Shown here piece after piece: positions 20,464 to 29,915 of a stretch of DNA of 64,000 bases; within the stretch, counting starts at the first letter, position 1, and the number at the start of each line of letters is the position of its first letter. The translations under genes were made by a program, and so were the position numbers. The notes under the pieces were generated by a model. That model saw only the letters and a list, made by a program, of their open reading frames with translations, searched no databases and was not told the origin of the DNA. Origin of the DNA: Alphaproteobacteria bacterium (GTDB lineage Bacteria > Pseudomonadota > Alphaproteobacteria > GM7ARS4 > G965262615). The DNA lies in contig OZ253545.1 of assembly GCA_965262615.1 (NCBI GenBank), positions 1,115,113 through 1,179,112 on the forward strand, read 5' to 3'.

Positions 20464-22020
20464 TCAATTGTGTTGTGTTAGTTTTTTGAGAATATCTTGA
20501 GCTTTGGCATCGCCTTGTTCGGCAGCTTTTTGCAACCAAAGCACCGCTTTTACAAGATTCTTCTTTACCCCCTCACCTCTGCCATACATCACACCAAGAT
20601 TGTATTGGGCTTCAGTATGACCCTGATCGGCAGCTTGTTGCCACCATTCCACCGCTTTTTGCTTATTCTTCGTCCCCCCCTCACCTTTGCCATACATCAC
20701 ACCAAGAATGTATTGGGCATCGGCATCCCCTTGGTCGGCAGCTTTTTGCAACCATTTTGACGCTTCTTTCTTATTCTCCTTCAATCCCCCCTCACCGTTG
20801 TAATACATCCCACCAAGATTGTGCTGAGCTAGAGCATGACCTTGGTCGGCAGATTTTTGAAGCCATTTTAAGGCTTCTTTCTTATTCTCCTTCAATCCCC
20901 CTTCACCGTTGTAATACATCACGCCAAGATTGGCTTGGGCGTTGGCAAGTCCTTGGTCGGCAGCTTTTTGATACCATTCCACCGCTTTTTCATAATCCTG
21001 CTTCACCCCCTTACCGTTGTAATACTTGATACCAAGATTGTATTGGGCTTCTGCAAGCCCTTGTTGGGCAGCTTTTTCATAACATTTCACCGCCTCCTTT
21101 GTATCAGTGTCAACGCCTCGCCCAGATTCATACATCCCACCAAGATTGATTTGAGCTAGAGCATAGCCCTGTTTGGCAGCTTTTTGATACCATTCCACCG
21201 CTTTTTCATAATCCTGCTTCAGTCCCCCATCACCGTTGGCATACATCACACCAAGATTAGATTGCGCTTCGGCATGACCTTGGTCGGCAGCTTTTTGATA
21301 CCATTCCACCGCTTTTTTCTTATCCTGCGTCACACCCCTACCATGCTCATACATCACACCAAGATTGTATTGGGCTGGGATAAGTCCTTGTTTAGCAGAT
21401 TTTTTCATCCATTTCAAAGATTCTTCCTTATTTTCCTTCACTCCCTCGCCGTTGTAATACATCACGCCAAGATTGAGTTGGGCTGGAGCATCCCCTTGGT
21501 CGGCAGCTTTATGATACCAAAACACCGCTTTTTCATCATCCTGTGCAACGCCATCCCCCAATTTATAAGCCACACCAAGATTGTATTGGGCTAGGGCAAT
21601 ACCTTGCTCCGCAGCTTGTTGCCACCATTCCAACGCTTTTTTCTTATCCTGCGTTACCCCTTTAGGACTGTGATACATCACACCAAGATTGAATTGGGCT
21701 AGGGCATCCCCTTGTTGGGCAGCTTTTTGATACCATTCCGCCATTTGCTCGTCATCCTGTGGCACACCATTGCCAAAGTAATTATAATTATAATTATAAT
21801 TATTGATAATTTGATTATTGATAAAAGTATTGTTTTGACCTTCGGGCTTGCCTTTCTCGGCAGCTTTATCTTTTTTAAACAAAGATTTAACAATGAGGAT
21901 GCACCCCAAAACACCCAAAACAAAAATGAGTGACAGAAAAACTACCACTATATCCTTGTAATCCTCTGGAAAAATCTCTTTGAGGAATGGGGTCATATCT
22001 GCAAGACCTGATAAAGTCAT
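20464..22020 (-). CDS. Sel1-like repeat protein with N-terminal TM and an Asn/Tyr low-complexity linker (NNYNYNYNY)
   Basis: About 11 Sel1 repeats. The linker is encoded by an (AATTAT)x4 hexanucleotide repeat at 21780..21803. Confidence 0.85.
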   Translation of the reverse strand: MTLSGLADMTPFLKEIFPEDYKDIVVVFLSLIFVLGVLGCILIVKSLFKKDKAAEKGKPEGQNNTFINNQIINNYNYNYNYFGNGVPQDDEQMAEWYQKAAQQGDALAQFNLGVMYHSPKGVTQDKKKALEWWQQAAEQGIALAQYNLGVAYKLGDGVAQDDEKAVFWYHKAADQGDAPAQLNLGVMYYNGEGVKENKEESLKWMKKSAKQGLIPAQYNLGVMYEHGRGVTQDKKKAVEWYQKAADQGHAEAQSNLGVMYANGDGGLKQDYEKAVEWYQKAAKQGYALAQINLGGMYESGRGVDTDTKEAVKCYEKAAQQGLAEAQYNLGIKYYNGKGVKQDYEKAVEWYQKAADQGLANAQANLGVMYYNGEGGLKENKKEALKWLQKSADQGHALAQHNLGGMYYNGEGGLKENKKEASKWLQKAADQGDADAQYILGVMYGKGEGGTKNKQKAVEWWQQAADQGHTEAQYNLGVMYGRGEGVKKNLVKAVLWLQKAAEQGDAKAQDILKKLTQHN

Positions 22021-22054
22021 CTCCCCATCCTATCACATTCCATCATTTTTTGTG

Positions 22055-23326
22055 CTATGAAATTGAGCGAATCATTTTTTTTCTTTTGTTGAGAAGATAT
22101 TCCATTGGTCTGTCACCCTTGATGCGATTGCAATTGCCACACAATAATTGCAGATTTTCCAACTCATTAGACCCGCCAAGGGATTTGGGGATGATGTGGT
22201 CTATTTCAAGATGCTGTGGTTCAAACGAAGTTCCACAGCCATTGCATTTTCCGCCTTGCTTGCCAAACAAGGTTTCTTTATCGGTATTGGTGATTTTTCT
22301 TTTGTGGTCTATATCCGTGCGTTTGGGGATGTCTTCTCGGTAGATGGGTTCTGTGCCTAACAGGTCTTGAACTTCTTTATGAAGACGCATTTTGACCAGT
22401 TCAAAAGCTTTTTCCGACACATCAATGCCAATCCATTGTCGCCCTAGTTTTTCAGCCGCCACACAAGTTGTCGCGCAGCCGCAAAATGGATCAAGCACCA
22501 CATCCCCTTCATTGCTGGAAGCCTCAATGACGCGGGTGAGAAGCTTCAGTGGCTTTTGCGTGGGATAGCCCACATATTCTGTTTTGCTTCTGGCGGCGAT
22601 GCGTATAATCCACCAGTTTTCCAGCAATTTGCCGCGCTTTCTTTGTTCCAACACATCTTCTTGGGAAACAGAGCCATCGGCAGACATCGCACCGACTAAT
22701 CCCTGCTCTTTTTTTTTGTAAGGAACACGCATGGCGGTGTTGTTAAAAGTCCATTGGTCGGTTTTGGCATACCAGAAAATCGTATCACTTTTTCTGTTGA
22801 ACTGCTTCATGTTGGGTGAGCCGGGGCCATGATAGCACCACACAATCTCATTGATGAGACGATTATTGCCAAAAATGGTATCCATGAGTAGTTTCAAATA
22901 GTGGCTTGCTGTGGGGTCACAATGCAGATAGACACTGCCCGTATCTTTAAGAATACGCTTTATTTCCATCAGCCTCACCGCCATATAGATGAGATAATAC
23001 TTTGCCGAACGGCTGCCGATGCGTCCGACGGCATCAAGATACTCATACAGGTTGGGGTGGCGATCATTGATTTGATTGTGCCACGCATCGTCCATTGTGT
23101 CGGGCGACCATATGTCGGTAAAAGATGCTCCCTCTGCCGTTGTGCCAATGGGTGCGTGAAATTGTCTGCCTTTATTGAAGGGCGGGTCAAGATAAATCAA
23201 GTCTATGGAATTGCTGTTGATTCCTCGCAAAATGGGAAGATTGTCGTGACAAAAAATCGTGCTTGGTTTGAGAGTGGCTTGATGCAACATCCCTTTTACT
23301 ATCCATATTTTTTGCATCAAATGCAA
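22055..23326 (-). CDS. DNA methyltransferase (beta-class N6-adenine/N4-cytosine, DPPF motif) fused to a C-terminal HNH endonuclease domain
   Basis: Motif IV IYLDPPF precedes motif I VLDPFCGCATTC (beta-class order). C-terminal CNGCG...HLEIDHIIPKSLGG...NLQLLCGNCNRIKGDRP is an HNH signature. Confidence 0.8.
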   Translation of the reverse strand: MHLMQKIWIVKGMLHQATLKPSTIFCHDNLPILRGINSNSIDLIYLDPPFNKGRQFHAPIGTTAEGASFTDIWSPDTMDDAWHNQINDRHPNLYEYLDAVGRIGSRSAKYYLIYMAVRLMEIKRILKDTGSVYLHCDPTASHYLKLLMDTIFGNNRLINEIVWCYHGPGSPNMKQFNRKSDTIFWYAKTDQWTFNNTAMRVPYKKKEQGLVGAMSADGSVSQEDVLEQRKRGKLLENWWIIRIAARSKTEYVGYPTQKPLKLLTRVIEASSNEGDVVLDPFCGCATTCVAAEKLGRQWIGIDVSEKAFELVKMRLHKEVQDLLGTEPIYREDIPKRTDIDHKRKITNTDKETLFGKQGGKCNGCGTSFEPQHLEIDHIIPKSLGGSNELENLQLLCGNCNRIKGDRPMEYLLNKRKKMIRSIS

Positions 23327-23337
23327 GAGTGATGATG

Positions 23338-24726
23338 TTAATCAAGCAAATACAATGTGGCGAGGCTTAGGAAGGTGAAAAATCCGATGACATCGGTGAG
23401 GGCGGTGACGCATGGACCCGATGCCACGGCGGGGTCAATGGTGAGGCGATGAAAAAGCCACGGCATGAGTGCGCCCAGCAATCCCGCCAATGCCAGATTG
23501 GCGATCATGGCGACCAGCAGCAATAATCCCAAAGACAGATCCCCGAGCCACAACCAGATGACACCAATGGCAACGCATCCCAACAAAACGCCGCCGATGG
23601 TATTGACGAAAACCTCGCGGGTGATGGTGCGGATGAGATTGTCGCCTCCCAACTCCTTCATGGCAAGGGCGCGCACGGTGACTGTCAGGCTTTGGACGGC
23701 GGCAATGCCGCTCATGGATGCCACCATGGGCATGAACATGGCAAGGGCGACAATTTGTTCAATGGCATGGGTGAATTGGGCAACCACCAATGCGGTGGCA
23801 AAAGTGGCACACAAATTGAACATGAGCCATCCCACCCGAGAGCGCAGAATTCCCCATTGGCTGGGTGTGCCGCCATCGGTGGCAACGCCTCCCAAATGCA
23901 GAAAGTCTTCTTTTGCCTGATCATCAATGACGCCCACCACATCATCAATGGTGATGATGCCCAGCAGGCGTCCTTCAGAATCCACCACCGGATGGGAGGC
24001 GATGTTTTGATCGCGAAAGAAAAAGGCAACCTCTTCTTGCGATGTGGTCACTTCAATGGGACGCAAATGATCTCGCATCAGTGATGTCACACTTTGATTG
24101 CGCTTGCCTCGCACCAGTGTGTCCAGCGTCACCACCCCCAACGGATGTTGACGCACATCCACCACCTGTACATCAAAAAAATTGGCGGGCAGGGAGTCGT
24201 CTTGTTGCAGATGGGAAAGAGTTTGTCCCACCGTCCAATGAGAGGGAATGGCAACGATTTCGCTTTGCATCAAGCGTCCTGCGGTTTTCTCGGGATAGGA
24301 TAAGCCCACCTCAAGAAAACGCCGCTTTTGTTTGGAAAGACGATGACCAATATCAGCGCGCATATCCACAGGCAATGATTCCACAACCGCCGTGACATCA
24401 TCGGTGGGCAGATGCTCCAATGCTTTGGCAATGCGCGCCACGCCCAGTGAGGAAACCACCCCATGCCATGACGAATCATCCAGTTCGGTGAGAATATGAG
24501 GCAAAACATCATCGCTCATGCGAGAGAGCAGCGTGCGGGCTCGTTCCTGCTCCATTTGTTTGACAATGCGCGCCACCACCGCCCCGCCCCACGCCGAGCC
24601 ATGACGATGCAGGGCGGCATCATCATCGTGATTCAAAGCATCCGACATCAATTGATACTGCTGTTCAAATTCCAGCGCGTCAGATTGCCGTCCATCTCCC
24701 TTGACCGAGTGGCGATCATGAGCCAT
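23338..24726 (-). CDS. mgtE: Magnesium transporter MgtE
   Basis: MgtE N-domain, a tandem CBS pair and a five-TM C-terminal domain with typical MgtE motifs. Start set at MAHDRH (24726); the ORF-track start would run across the tRNA gene. Confidence 0.85.
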   Translation of the reverse strand: MAHDRHSVKGDGRQSDALEFEQQYQLMSDALNHDDDAALHRHGSAWGGAVVARIVKQMEQERARTLLSRMSDDVLPHILTELDDSSWHGVVSSLGVARIAKALEHLPTDDVTAVVESLPVDMRADIGHRLSKQKRRFLEVGLSYPEKTAGRLMQSEIVAIPSHWTVGQTLSHLQQDDSLPANFFDVQVVDVRQHPLGVVTLDTLVRGKRNQSVTSLMRDHLRPIEVTTSQEEVAFFFRDQNIASHPVVDSEGRLLGIITIDDVVGVIDDQAKEDFLHLGGVATDGGTPSQWGILRSRVGWLMFNLCATFATALVVAQFTHAIEQIVALAMFMPMVASMSGIAAVQSLTVTVRALAMKELGGDNLIRTITREVFVNTIGGVLLGCVAIGVIWLWLGDLSLGLLLLVAMIANLALAGLLGALMPWLFHRLTIDPAVASGPCVTALTDVIGFFTFLSLATLYLLD

Positions 24727-24779
24727 CTTAATTACTCCTATGACATTTGTGCCCGACAATGCTCTGCCCGACAATGCGA

Positions 24780-24866
24780 TGGTGCGGTCGAGAAGACTCG
24801 AACTTCCACGGGATCGCTCCCACAACGCCCTCAACGTTGCGCGTCTACCAGTTCCGCCACGACCGC
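24780..24866 (-). tRNA. tRNA-Leu (anticodon GAG), type II with long variable arm, CCA encoded
   Basis: Reverse complement reads GCGGTCG...CAACG-TTGAGGG-CGTTG...long variable arm...TCGACCGCACCA. The 7/7 acceptor stem, anticodon stem-loop and TpsiC-like GTTCGAGTC were folded by eye. Confidence 0.8.
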
Positions 24867-24907
24867 ACAACCATCACAATACCCCTAGCACATCTGATGA
24901 TGCCATT

Positions 24908-25051
24908 CAATGGACGGTCAGTGATTGTGTTCCCTATCCTGATGCCGTGCAATTCATGGAAGACACCATTGCCGCCATTCAATGGACGGTCAGTGATTGC
25001 GTTCCCTACCCTGATGCCGTGCAATTCATGGAAAACACCATTGCCGCCATT
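24908..25051 (+). repeat. 72-bp perfect-phase tandem duplication (2 copies, 3 mismatches) covering the lipB start region
   Basis: Seen directly in the sequence: CAATGGACGGTCAGTGATTG(T/C)GTTCCCTA(T/C)CCTGATGCCGTGCAATTCATGGAA(G/A)ACACCATTGCCGCCATT occurs twice. Confidence 0.9.
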
Positions 25052-25585
25052 CATCATGGCAAAGCGGCGGAAACCGTGTGGCTCTTGTCTCATCCTCACT
25101 GTTATGTGAGTGGCAAACGCACCGAATATGCTCACATTCTCAATCAATCGGCAGCTCTGCCTTTGTATTGCTCCGTCAGAGGCGGCTCGGTCAGCTGGCA
25201 TGGAACGGGGCAGCGCATCGCTTACATCATGGTGAATCTGAAAAAACGCGGCTGGCACGACATCAGACAATTTGTCGTGGCACTGGAGAACTGTCTCATT
25301 GACACAATGGGCGAATGGAACATCAAAGCACAACGCAATGACAGACATCATGGCGTGTGGGTGAATGGTTCTATGGTGGCATCTGTTGGTTTGGCGGTGC
25401 GTCATGGCATCAGTTGGCATGGCGTGGCGGTCAATCTCACCAATGATTTGACTCCCTACGATGCCATCCTGCCCTGTGGCATGAAGCCGCAATTGGTGAG
25501 CTCTCTCGCCGCACAAGGATATAGCATCACACATGATGCATGGGATGCCGCCTTTGCTCATCACTGTGCCAGATGGCTTCAATGA
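24956..25585 (+). CDS. lipB: Octanoyltransferase (lipoyl(octanoyl) transferase)
   Basis: N-terminus MEDTIAAIQWTVSDCVPYPDAVQFME... aligns with the E. coli LipB N-terminus. Conserved VWLLSHP, RGGxxTYHGPGQ-like (RGGSVSWHGTGQ) and catalytic-region motifs. Confidence 0.8.
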   Translation: MEDTIAAIQWTVSDCVPYPDAVQFMENTIAAIHHGKAAETVWLLSHPHCYVSGKRTEYAHILNQSAALPLYCSVRGGSVSWHGTGQRIAYIMVNLKKRGWHDIRQFVVALENCLIDTMGEWNIKAQRNDRHHGVWVNGSMVASVGLAVRHGISWHGVAVNLTNDLTPYDAILPCGMKPQLVSSLAAQGYSITHDAWDAAFAHHCARWLQ

Positions 25586-25593
25586 GGGCTTCA

Positions 25594-26907
25594 ATGAGCG
25601 ATTCTCCTCTCATTCTTCCTTTTACCAATCATCAGTTGTTTCATGATGCGCCGCGTCAAGTGGTGGCGGCAAAGGGTGTGTATTACACCAAAGACAATGG
25701 CGAGCCACTGCTGGACGGCACATCCGGCTTGTGGTGCGTCAATGCGGGACACAGCCGCACCGCCATCACCAAAGCCATTGCCGCTCAAACCGAGACGCTG
25801 GATTATGCTCCCGCCTTTCAGATGGGACATCCCACCGCTTTTGCCTTGGCGGAGCGTTTGAGCTCCCTCATGCCGCCGCCCATTCATCATGTGATGTTTG
25901 TCTCATCGGGGTCTGAGGCGGTGGAGAGCGCGCTTAAATTGGCTATACGCTATCACCGTTTGCGTCATCCTTCTTTTGAAGGCACACCTTTCGTTATTGC
26001 GCGACAGCGTAGTTATCATGGTGTCTGTTGGGGAGGCGTGACGGTGGGCGGCATTGTCAATAACCGAGTGCCCTTTGAGCGATGGACTCACACGGCGGTG
26101 GAATTTGTCAGAGCCTTTGATGATATACCCCAAAACCTCATGCAGCCGCACTTTCCGCCTCATGGCGGCATTGAGCGCGCCGATGATGTTCTTGCCATCA
26201 TTGAAAAACACGGCGCAGATGCCATTGCCGCCGTCATCATGGAGCCCGTCTCTGGCTCGGCGGGCGTTCTCGTGCCGCCTGATGGTTATTTGCAGCGAGT
26301 CAATGACATCTGTCAAACCTACGAGATTCCGCTCATTTTGGATGAGGTCATCACCGCCTTTGGGCGACTGGGTGACATCACCGCCGCCAGTCGTTTTCAT
26401 CTCAAGCCAGACATGATTTGTTGTGCCAAAGGTCTCACCAATGGCACTGTTCCCATGGGCATGGTGGGGGTTTCTCGTGCCATTATGGACACCATTAGAA
26501 ACGCTGTGTCTCATCCCTATCAGATTGAATTTCCGCACGGCTTTACCTATAGCGGCCATCCCCTTGCCTGTGCGGCGGCTGATGCCGCGCTCACCATTTA
26601 TCAAACGGAAGACCTATTTGCGCGGTCAAGAGAGATGGAGTCGTTTTTTGCCGATGGGATTCATTCTTTGGGTGATCTTGCCGCCGTTTGCGACATCCGC
26701 TCCATCGGCATGATGGCAGCCATTGAGCTGAAGCCGCAAGGTCATTCAAGTCAGCGGGCGTTTGATGTTTACAATCGCCTGTTTCACAAGGGATTTCTCG
26801 TGCGCACCACCGGTGACACCATTGCCCTGTCGCCCCCTCTCATCATTGGACACGAACACATTGAGCAATTGATTGAAAATCTGCGAACGGAAATTGCCGC
26901 CAGCTGA
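25594..26907 (+). CDS. Class-III (omega) aminotransferase, beta-alanine/omega-amino acid--pyruvate type
   Basis: SGSEAVESALKLA, DEVITAFGRLG and the PLP-lysine motif CCAKGLTNG. Confidence 0.85.
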   Translation: MSDSPLILPFTNHQLFHDAPRQVVAAKGVYYTKDNGEPLLDGTSGLWCVNAGHSRTAITKAIAAQTETLDYAPAFQMGHPTAFALAERLSSLMPPPIHHVMFVSSGSEAVESALKLAIRYHRLRHPSFEGTPFVIARQRSYHGVCWGGVTVGGIVNNRVPFERWTHTAVEFVRAFDDIPQNLMQPHFPPHGGIERADDVLAIIEKHGADAIAAVIMEPVSGSAGVLVPPDGYLQRVNDICQTYEIPLILDEVITAFGRLGDITAASRFHLKPDMICCAKGLTNGTVPMGMVGVSRAIMDTIRNAVSHPYQIEFPHGFTYSGHPLACAAADAALTIYQTEDLFARSREMESFFADGIHSLGDLAAVCDIRSIGMMAAIELKPQGHSSQRAFDVYNRLFHKGFLVRTTGDTIALSPPLIIGHEHIEQLIENLRTEIAAS

Positions 26908-26920
26908 ACTATTTTTGCGG

Positions 26921-27190
26921 CTATGTCTGCGCCATGTTTTTGATTGCCTTGTTGAGGCGTGACACCATGCGGGACACTGTCTTTTGGTGAAAAATCCCCT
27001 TGCGGGCGGCTCGTTGCAGTTCGGGTTCTACCTGTTTGAAGCCGAGCCGCGCGGCTTGTTCATCGTTATTGGCGATGGCGAGGCGTGTTTTTTTCACCAT
27101 CGTGCGCACTCGCGAGCGTCGCTCACGATTGATCTGCGTATGGCGCGCCGTCACACGCATACGCTTGATGGCTGAACGAATATTTGGCAT
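26921..27190 (-). CDS. rpsT: 30S ribosomal protein S20
   Basis: MPNIRSAIKRMRVT...RERRSRVRT is the characteristic S20 N-terminus; 89 aa. Confidence 0.9.
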   Translation of the reverse strand: MPNIRSAIKRMRVTARHTQINRERRSRVRTMVKKTRLAIANNDEQAARLGFKQVEPELQRAARKGIFHQKTVSRMVSRLNKAIKNMAQT

Positions 27191-27235
27191 GAATACCTCT
27201 CAATCCATTTGTGCCAATCATTGCGTGTCCTGTCA

Positions 27236-28048
27236 ATGCCCGAGCTGCCAGAAATTGAGACTCTCAAACGCTCCCTTGAGCCACTGGTGCTGAGACGGCG
27301 CATTGAGCGGGTCACCGTCTTTCAGCCTCATTTACGTTTTGCGGTGGCGGCGGATTTTGCTCGCCGTTGCCGTCATCAAACCATTCATGAATTGCAACGG
27401 CGCGGCAAGTATTTGTTGTGGAGAATGGACACAGACCAATTGCTCATTCATTGCGGCATGGCGGGCAGTCTGCACTACCATGCACGCAGAAGCGACCGCC
27501 GCAAGCATGACCATGTCATCATTGAACTGTCGGACGGCTTTGTTCATTATCATGATTCCCGCCGCTTCGGCTTAATGAGACTGATTTCCCACGAACACAA
27601 CGACACGGCTCTTGATACTTTAGGCAAAGAGCCTCTCAGTGATGACTTTACCGCAGACTGGCTATTAGATGTCTGTGGCGCGCAAAAAAGCGTCACCATA
27701 AAAACATTGCTGATGAATCAACATCTAATCGCGGGCTTGGGCAATATTTATGTGTGTGAGGCTTTGTATGAGGCACGAATTCATCCCGCTCGCACCGCAA
27801 AAACTATTTCGGGTGACGAAAGCATCATTCTTGTTGATGCCATCCGCCACACACTGCTCGCCGCCATTCAAAGCGGCGGCTCCACCATTCGTGATTACCG
27901 CAACAGTATGGGGGATACCGGATATTTTCAACATCATTTTAAGGTGTATGGAAGAGATAATGAACCATGCGCGAATTGTGATAATTACATTGTCAAAGAA
28001 AAAATGAACGGAAGAAGTAGTTTTTTTTGTCCTTCTTGTCAAAAATAA
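27236..28048 (+). CDS. mutM: Formamidopyrimidine-DNA glycosylase
   Basis: N-terminal MPELPEIETLKRSLE (catalytic Pro2/Glu3), H2TH region and a C-terminal CxxC...CxxC zinc finger. Confidence 0.9.
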   Translation: MPELPEIETLKRSLEPLVLRRRIERVTVFQPHLRFAVAADFARRCRHQTIHELQRRGKYLLWRMDTDQLLIHCGMAGSLHYHARRSDRRKHDHVIIELSDGFVHYHDSRRFGLMRLISHEHNDTALDTLGKEPLSDDFTADWLLDVCGAQKSVTIKTLLMNQHLIAGLGNIYVCEALYEARIHPARTAKTISGDESIILVDAIRHTLLAAIQSGGSTIRDYRNSMGDTGYFQHHFKVYGRDNEPCANCDNYIVKEKMNGRSSFFCPSCQK

Positions 28049-28063
28049 TGTGGTAGGTTAGAC

Positions 28064-28285
28064 ATGTCAGTTATGAAAATCCCACACCTAACAGAAGAAA
28101 TACTGAAAGCAAATGCAGATTATGACGCATGGCAAAATACACAGCGTCCATATAAGCAAGACAAAAAGATTGCCGAAGTCATGAGAGAAGCAAAAGGGCG
28201 CGGCTACATGACAAAAGATGACCTTGTGGCAGCTGCAGAAGTGGAAAGCACTCTAGAAATAAAACAGGTGCAAAGAAAATTCTGA
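28064..28285 (+). CDS. Hypothetical small protein in a low-GC islet
   Basis: ORF only. The adjacent out-of-frame ORF 28312..28590 may be a continuation, which would make this a disrupted gene. Confidence 0.25.
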   Translation: MSVMKIPHLTEEILKANADYDAWQNTQRPYKQDKKIAEVMREAKGRGYMTKDDLVAAAEVESTLEIKQVQRKF

Positions 28286-28603
28286 CACAATCATCAAACA
28301 GGTTACCGAAATTGCCTTTGCTCCTGATTGTGATGAGAAAAATCCGCGTTACAATTTTACAAAGAATTCACGGTGTCAACTGGGCGATGGCAAGTGTTAT
28401 TTTGCATTTTATTTTCCTGAAAGAATATCCGATTGTGGATATAAGAGCGATGGCAAGCGTAGGTGGTGTAACAAATTACAATTACAGCTTTGATAAATGG
28501 TGGGAATATACTTTGATTTGTCGCGAAGCTGCTAAAAAACACAATATAACCATGCGTGAGCTGGACAGAGTATTGGATGATAGACAGGCAAAGGAATTGA
28601 TGA

Positions 28604-28816
28604 TTATTTCTTCTTTGGCTTTGCATCCAACTTTTCGGCTTCCGCCTCCAACAAAATCGCGATGCCTTCTTTTATTGGATATGCCAGTTTCGCCTTGTCA
28701 CTAATTAGGCGTTGGGTTTTTTCGTCATACCGTAGTTTTCCGCCGCTCACCGGGCAGATTAAAAACTCAAGCAGCGAGGTATCAAAAGAATTAGACATCA
28801 AAGGAATTCCCGTCAT
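28604..28816 (-). CDS. Trm112/YcaR-like (UPF0434) small zinc-ribbon protein
   Basis: LLEFLICPVSGGKLRYDEKTQRLISDKAKLAYPIKEGIAILLEAEA matches the Trm112p-like family pattern. Confidence 0.6.
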   Translation of the reverse strand: MTGIPLMSNSFDTSLLEFLICPVSGGKLRYDEKTQRLISDKAKLAYPIKEGIAILLEAEAEKLDAKPKKK

Positions 28817-28824
28817 CAGTCATC

Positions 28825-29373
28825 TTATCTCATCCATTCATCATTTTGCAAGACTATTGGTTCATGGTGATGATGACGGGCAAACCGCCAGACATCCTCG
28901 CCGCGTAACGCCAGTGTCATGTCATTGACGAGAGGATGCACATAGACGCGTCCACCATTTCGCACTTGGTCATCCAGCAATAATCGCACCCGATGGTGGG
29001 TGTCGTTCATCACAGCCAGTGGCGTGACCGAACCAACGGGAACATGAAGACATTTCAGCACGCGCGCCTCATCGGCAAACGAGAGCCGCCGTGTGCCTAG
29101 ATTTTTTGCCACCGTCTGCCATGAGACGCGACAATTCGCACGGCATGTCAAAAGATACAAAGTCTTTGCATCACTTTCCGTTACACAGAGATTTTTGGTG
29201 TGAATGCCGTTGGGCAGTGCGTCATGAACGGCGGACGCATCCTCCACGCGCGGCGTGGGCGGATGCCGCCACAACTGCCATTCAATGGCAAGGGAATCCA
29301 ATTGGTGCAACAGATGAGTGACAACGGGCGGTAATGTGCCGTCAGCCTCACCGTTCCACAATGTAATGGTCAT
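28825..29373 (-). CDS. YbaK/ProX-like aminoacyl-tRNA deacylase domain protein
   Basis: KNLCVTESDAKTLYLLTCRANCRVSWQTVAKNLGTRRLSFADEARV...GSVTP resembles the YbaK editing-domain core. Confidence 0.45.
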   Translation of the reverse strand: MTITLWNGEADGTLPPVVTHLLHQLDSLAIEWQLWRHPPTPRVEDASAVHDALPNGIHTKNLCVTESDAKTLYLLTCRANCRVSWQTVAKNLGTRRLSFADEARVLKCLHVPVGSVTPLAVMNDTHHRVRLLLDDQVRNGGRVYVHPLVNDMTLALRGEDVWRFARHHHHEPIVLQNDEWMR

Positions 29374-29915
29374 CTATCGTCGGCAAAGCGGTCATGATTA
29401 AAGACATAGTCGCGTCCTTCCGCCGCCGCATGGCACAAAATACACCCGGTGCGTTCGCCCTTTGCCACTCGTCCAGCCAACGCAATGGCTCTGTTGTTTT
29501 TCATCACCGTGCCATCGGGGGCATACTTGACCCAAAACCAATTGCGGTTTTCCTCATCATATCCCTTCTCACGCTGCACCATCACGGTGATTGCCTTGAG
29601 ATAGCGCGCGGGATTGGCTGACACCCGTTCCACCGTCACCCCCGCAGGACCGTAATTGCGTTTGACAAGCACCCACATTTTTTTGCCGCCAATGCTCATT
29701 TGACGCTCCAAAAACTCCAGCACAAAACCGTGTGGCTCAACGCCCTCATAGAATTTCACATGAACGGGATTATCCCCCACCAGACGCATTTTCTTCAAGC
29801 CAAACCACAAGCCTTGAGCAAAACGAATGTCATCGGACTTGCCAAACTGCTGAGCGGAAGCATCAACCGTCCATAAGAGTGCAACGGACAATGTCCATGC
29901 CCATAGCCATCTCAT
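29370..29915 (-). CDS. Periplasmic mono-haem c-type protein, cytochrome P460/c'-beta-like
   Basis: Signal peptide; about 160-aa mature protein with a single CxxCH (CILCH) near the C-terminus, as in the P460 family. Confidence 0.4.
   Translation of the reverse strand: MRWLWAWTLSVALLWTVDASAQQFGKSDDIRFAQGLWFGLKKMRLVGDNPVHVKFYEGVEPHGFVLEFLERQMSIGGKKMWVLVKRNYGPAGVTVERVSANPARYLKAITVMVQREKGYDEENRNWFWVKYAPDGTVMKNNRAIALAGRVAKGERTGCILCHAAAEGRDYVFNHDRFADDR

Noticed and set aside
24727-24870. ORF-track extension of mgtE to 24870
   Set aside because: It would run through the tRNA-Leu gene. The MgtE N-domain homology begins near MAHDRH (24726).
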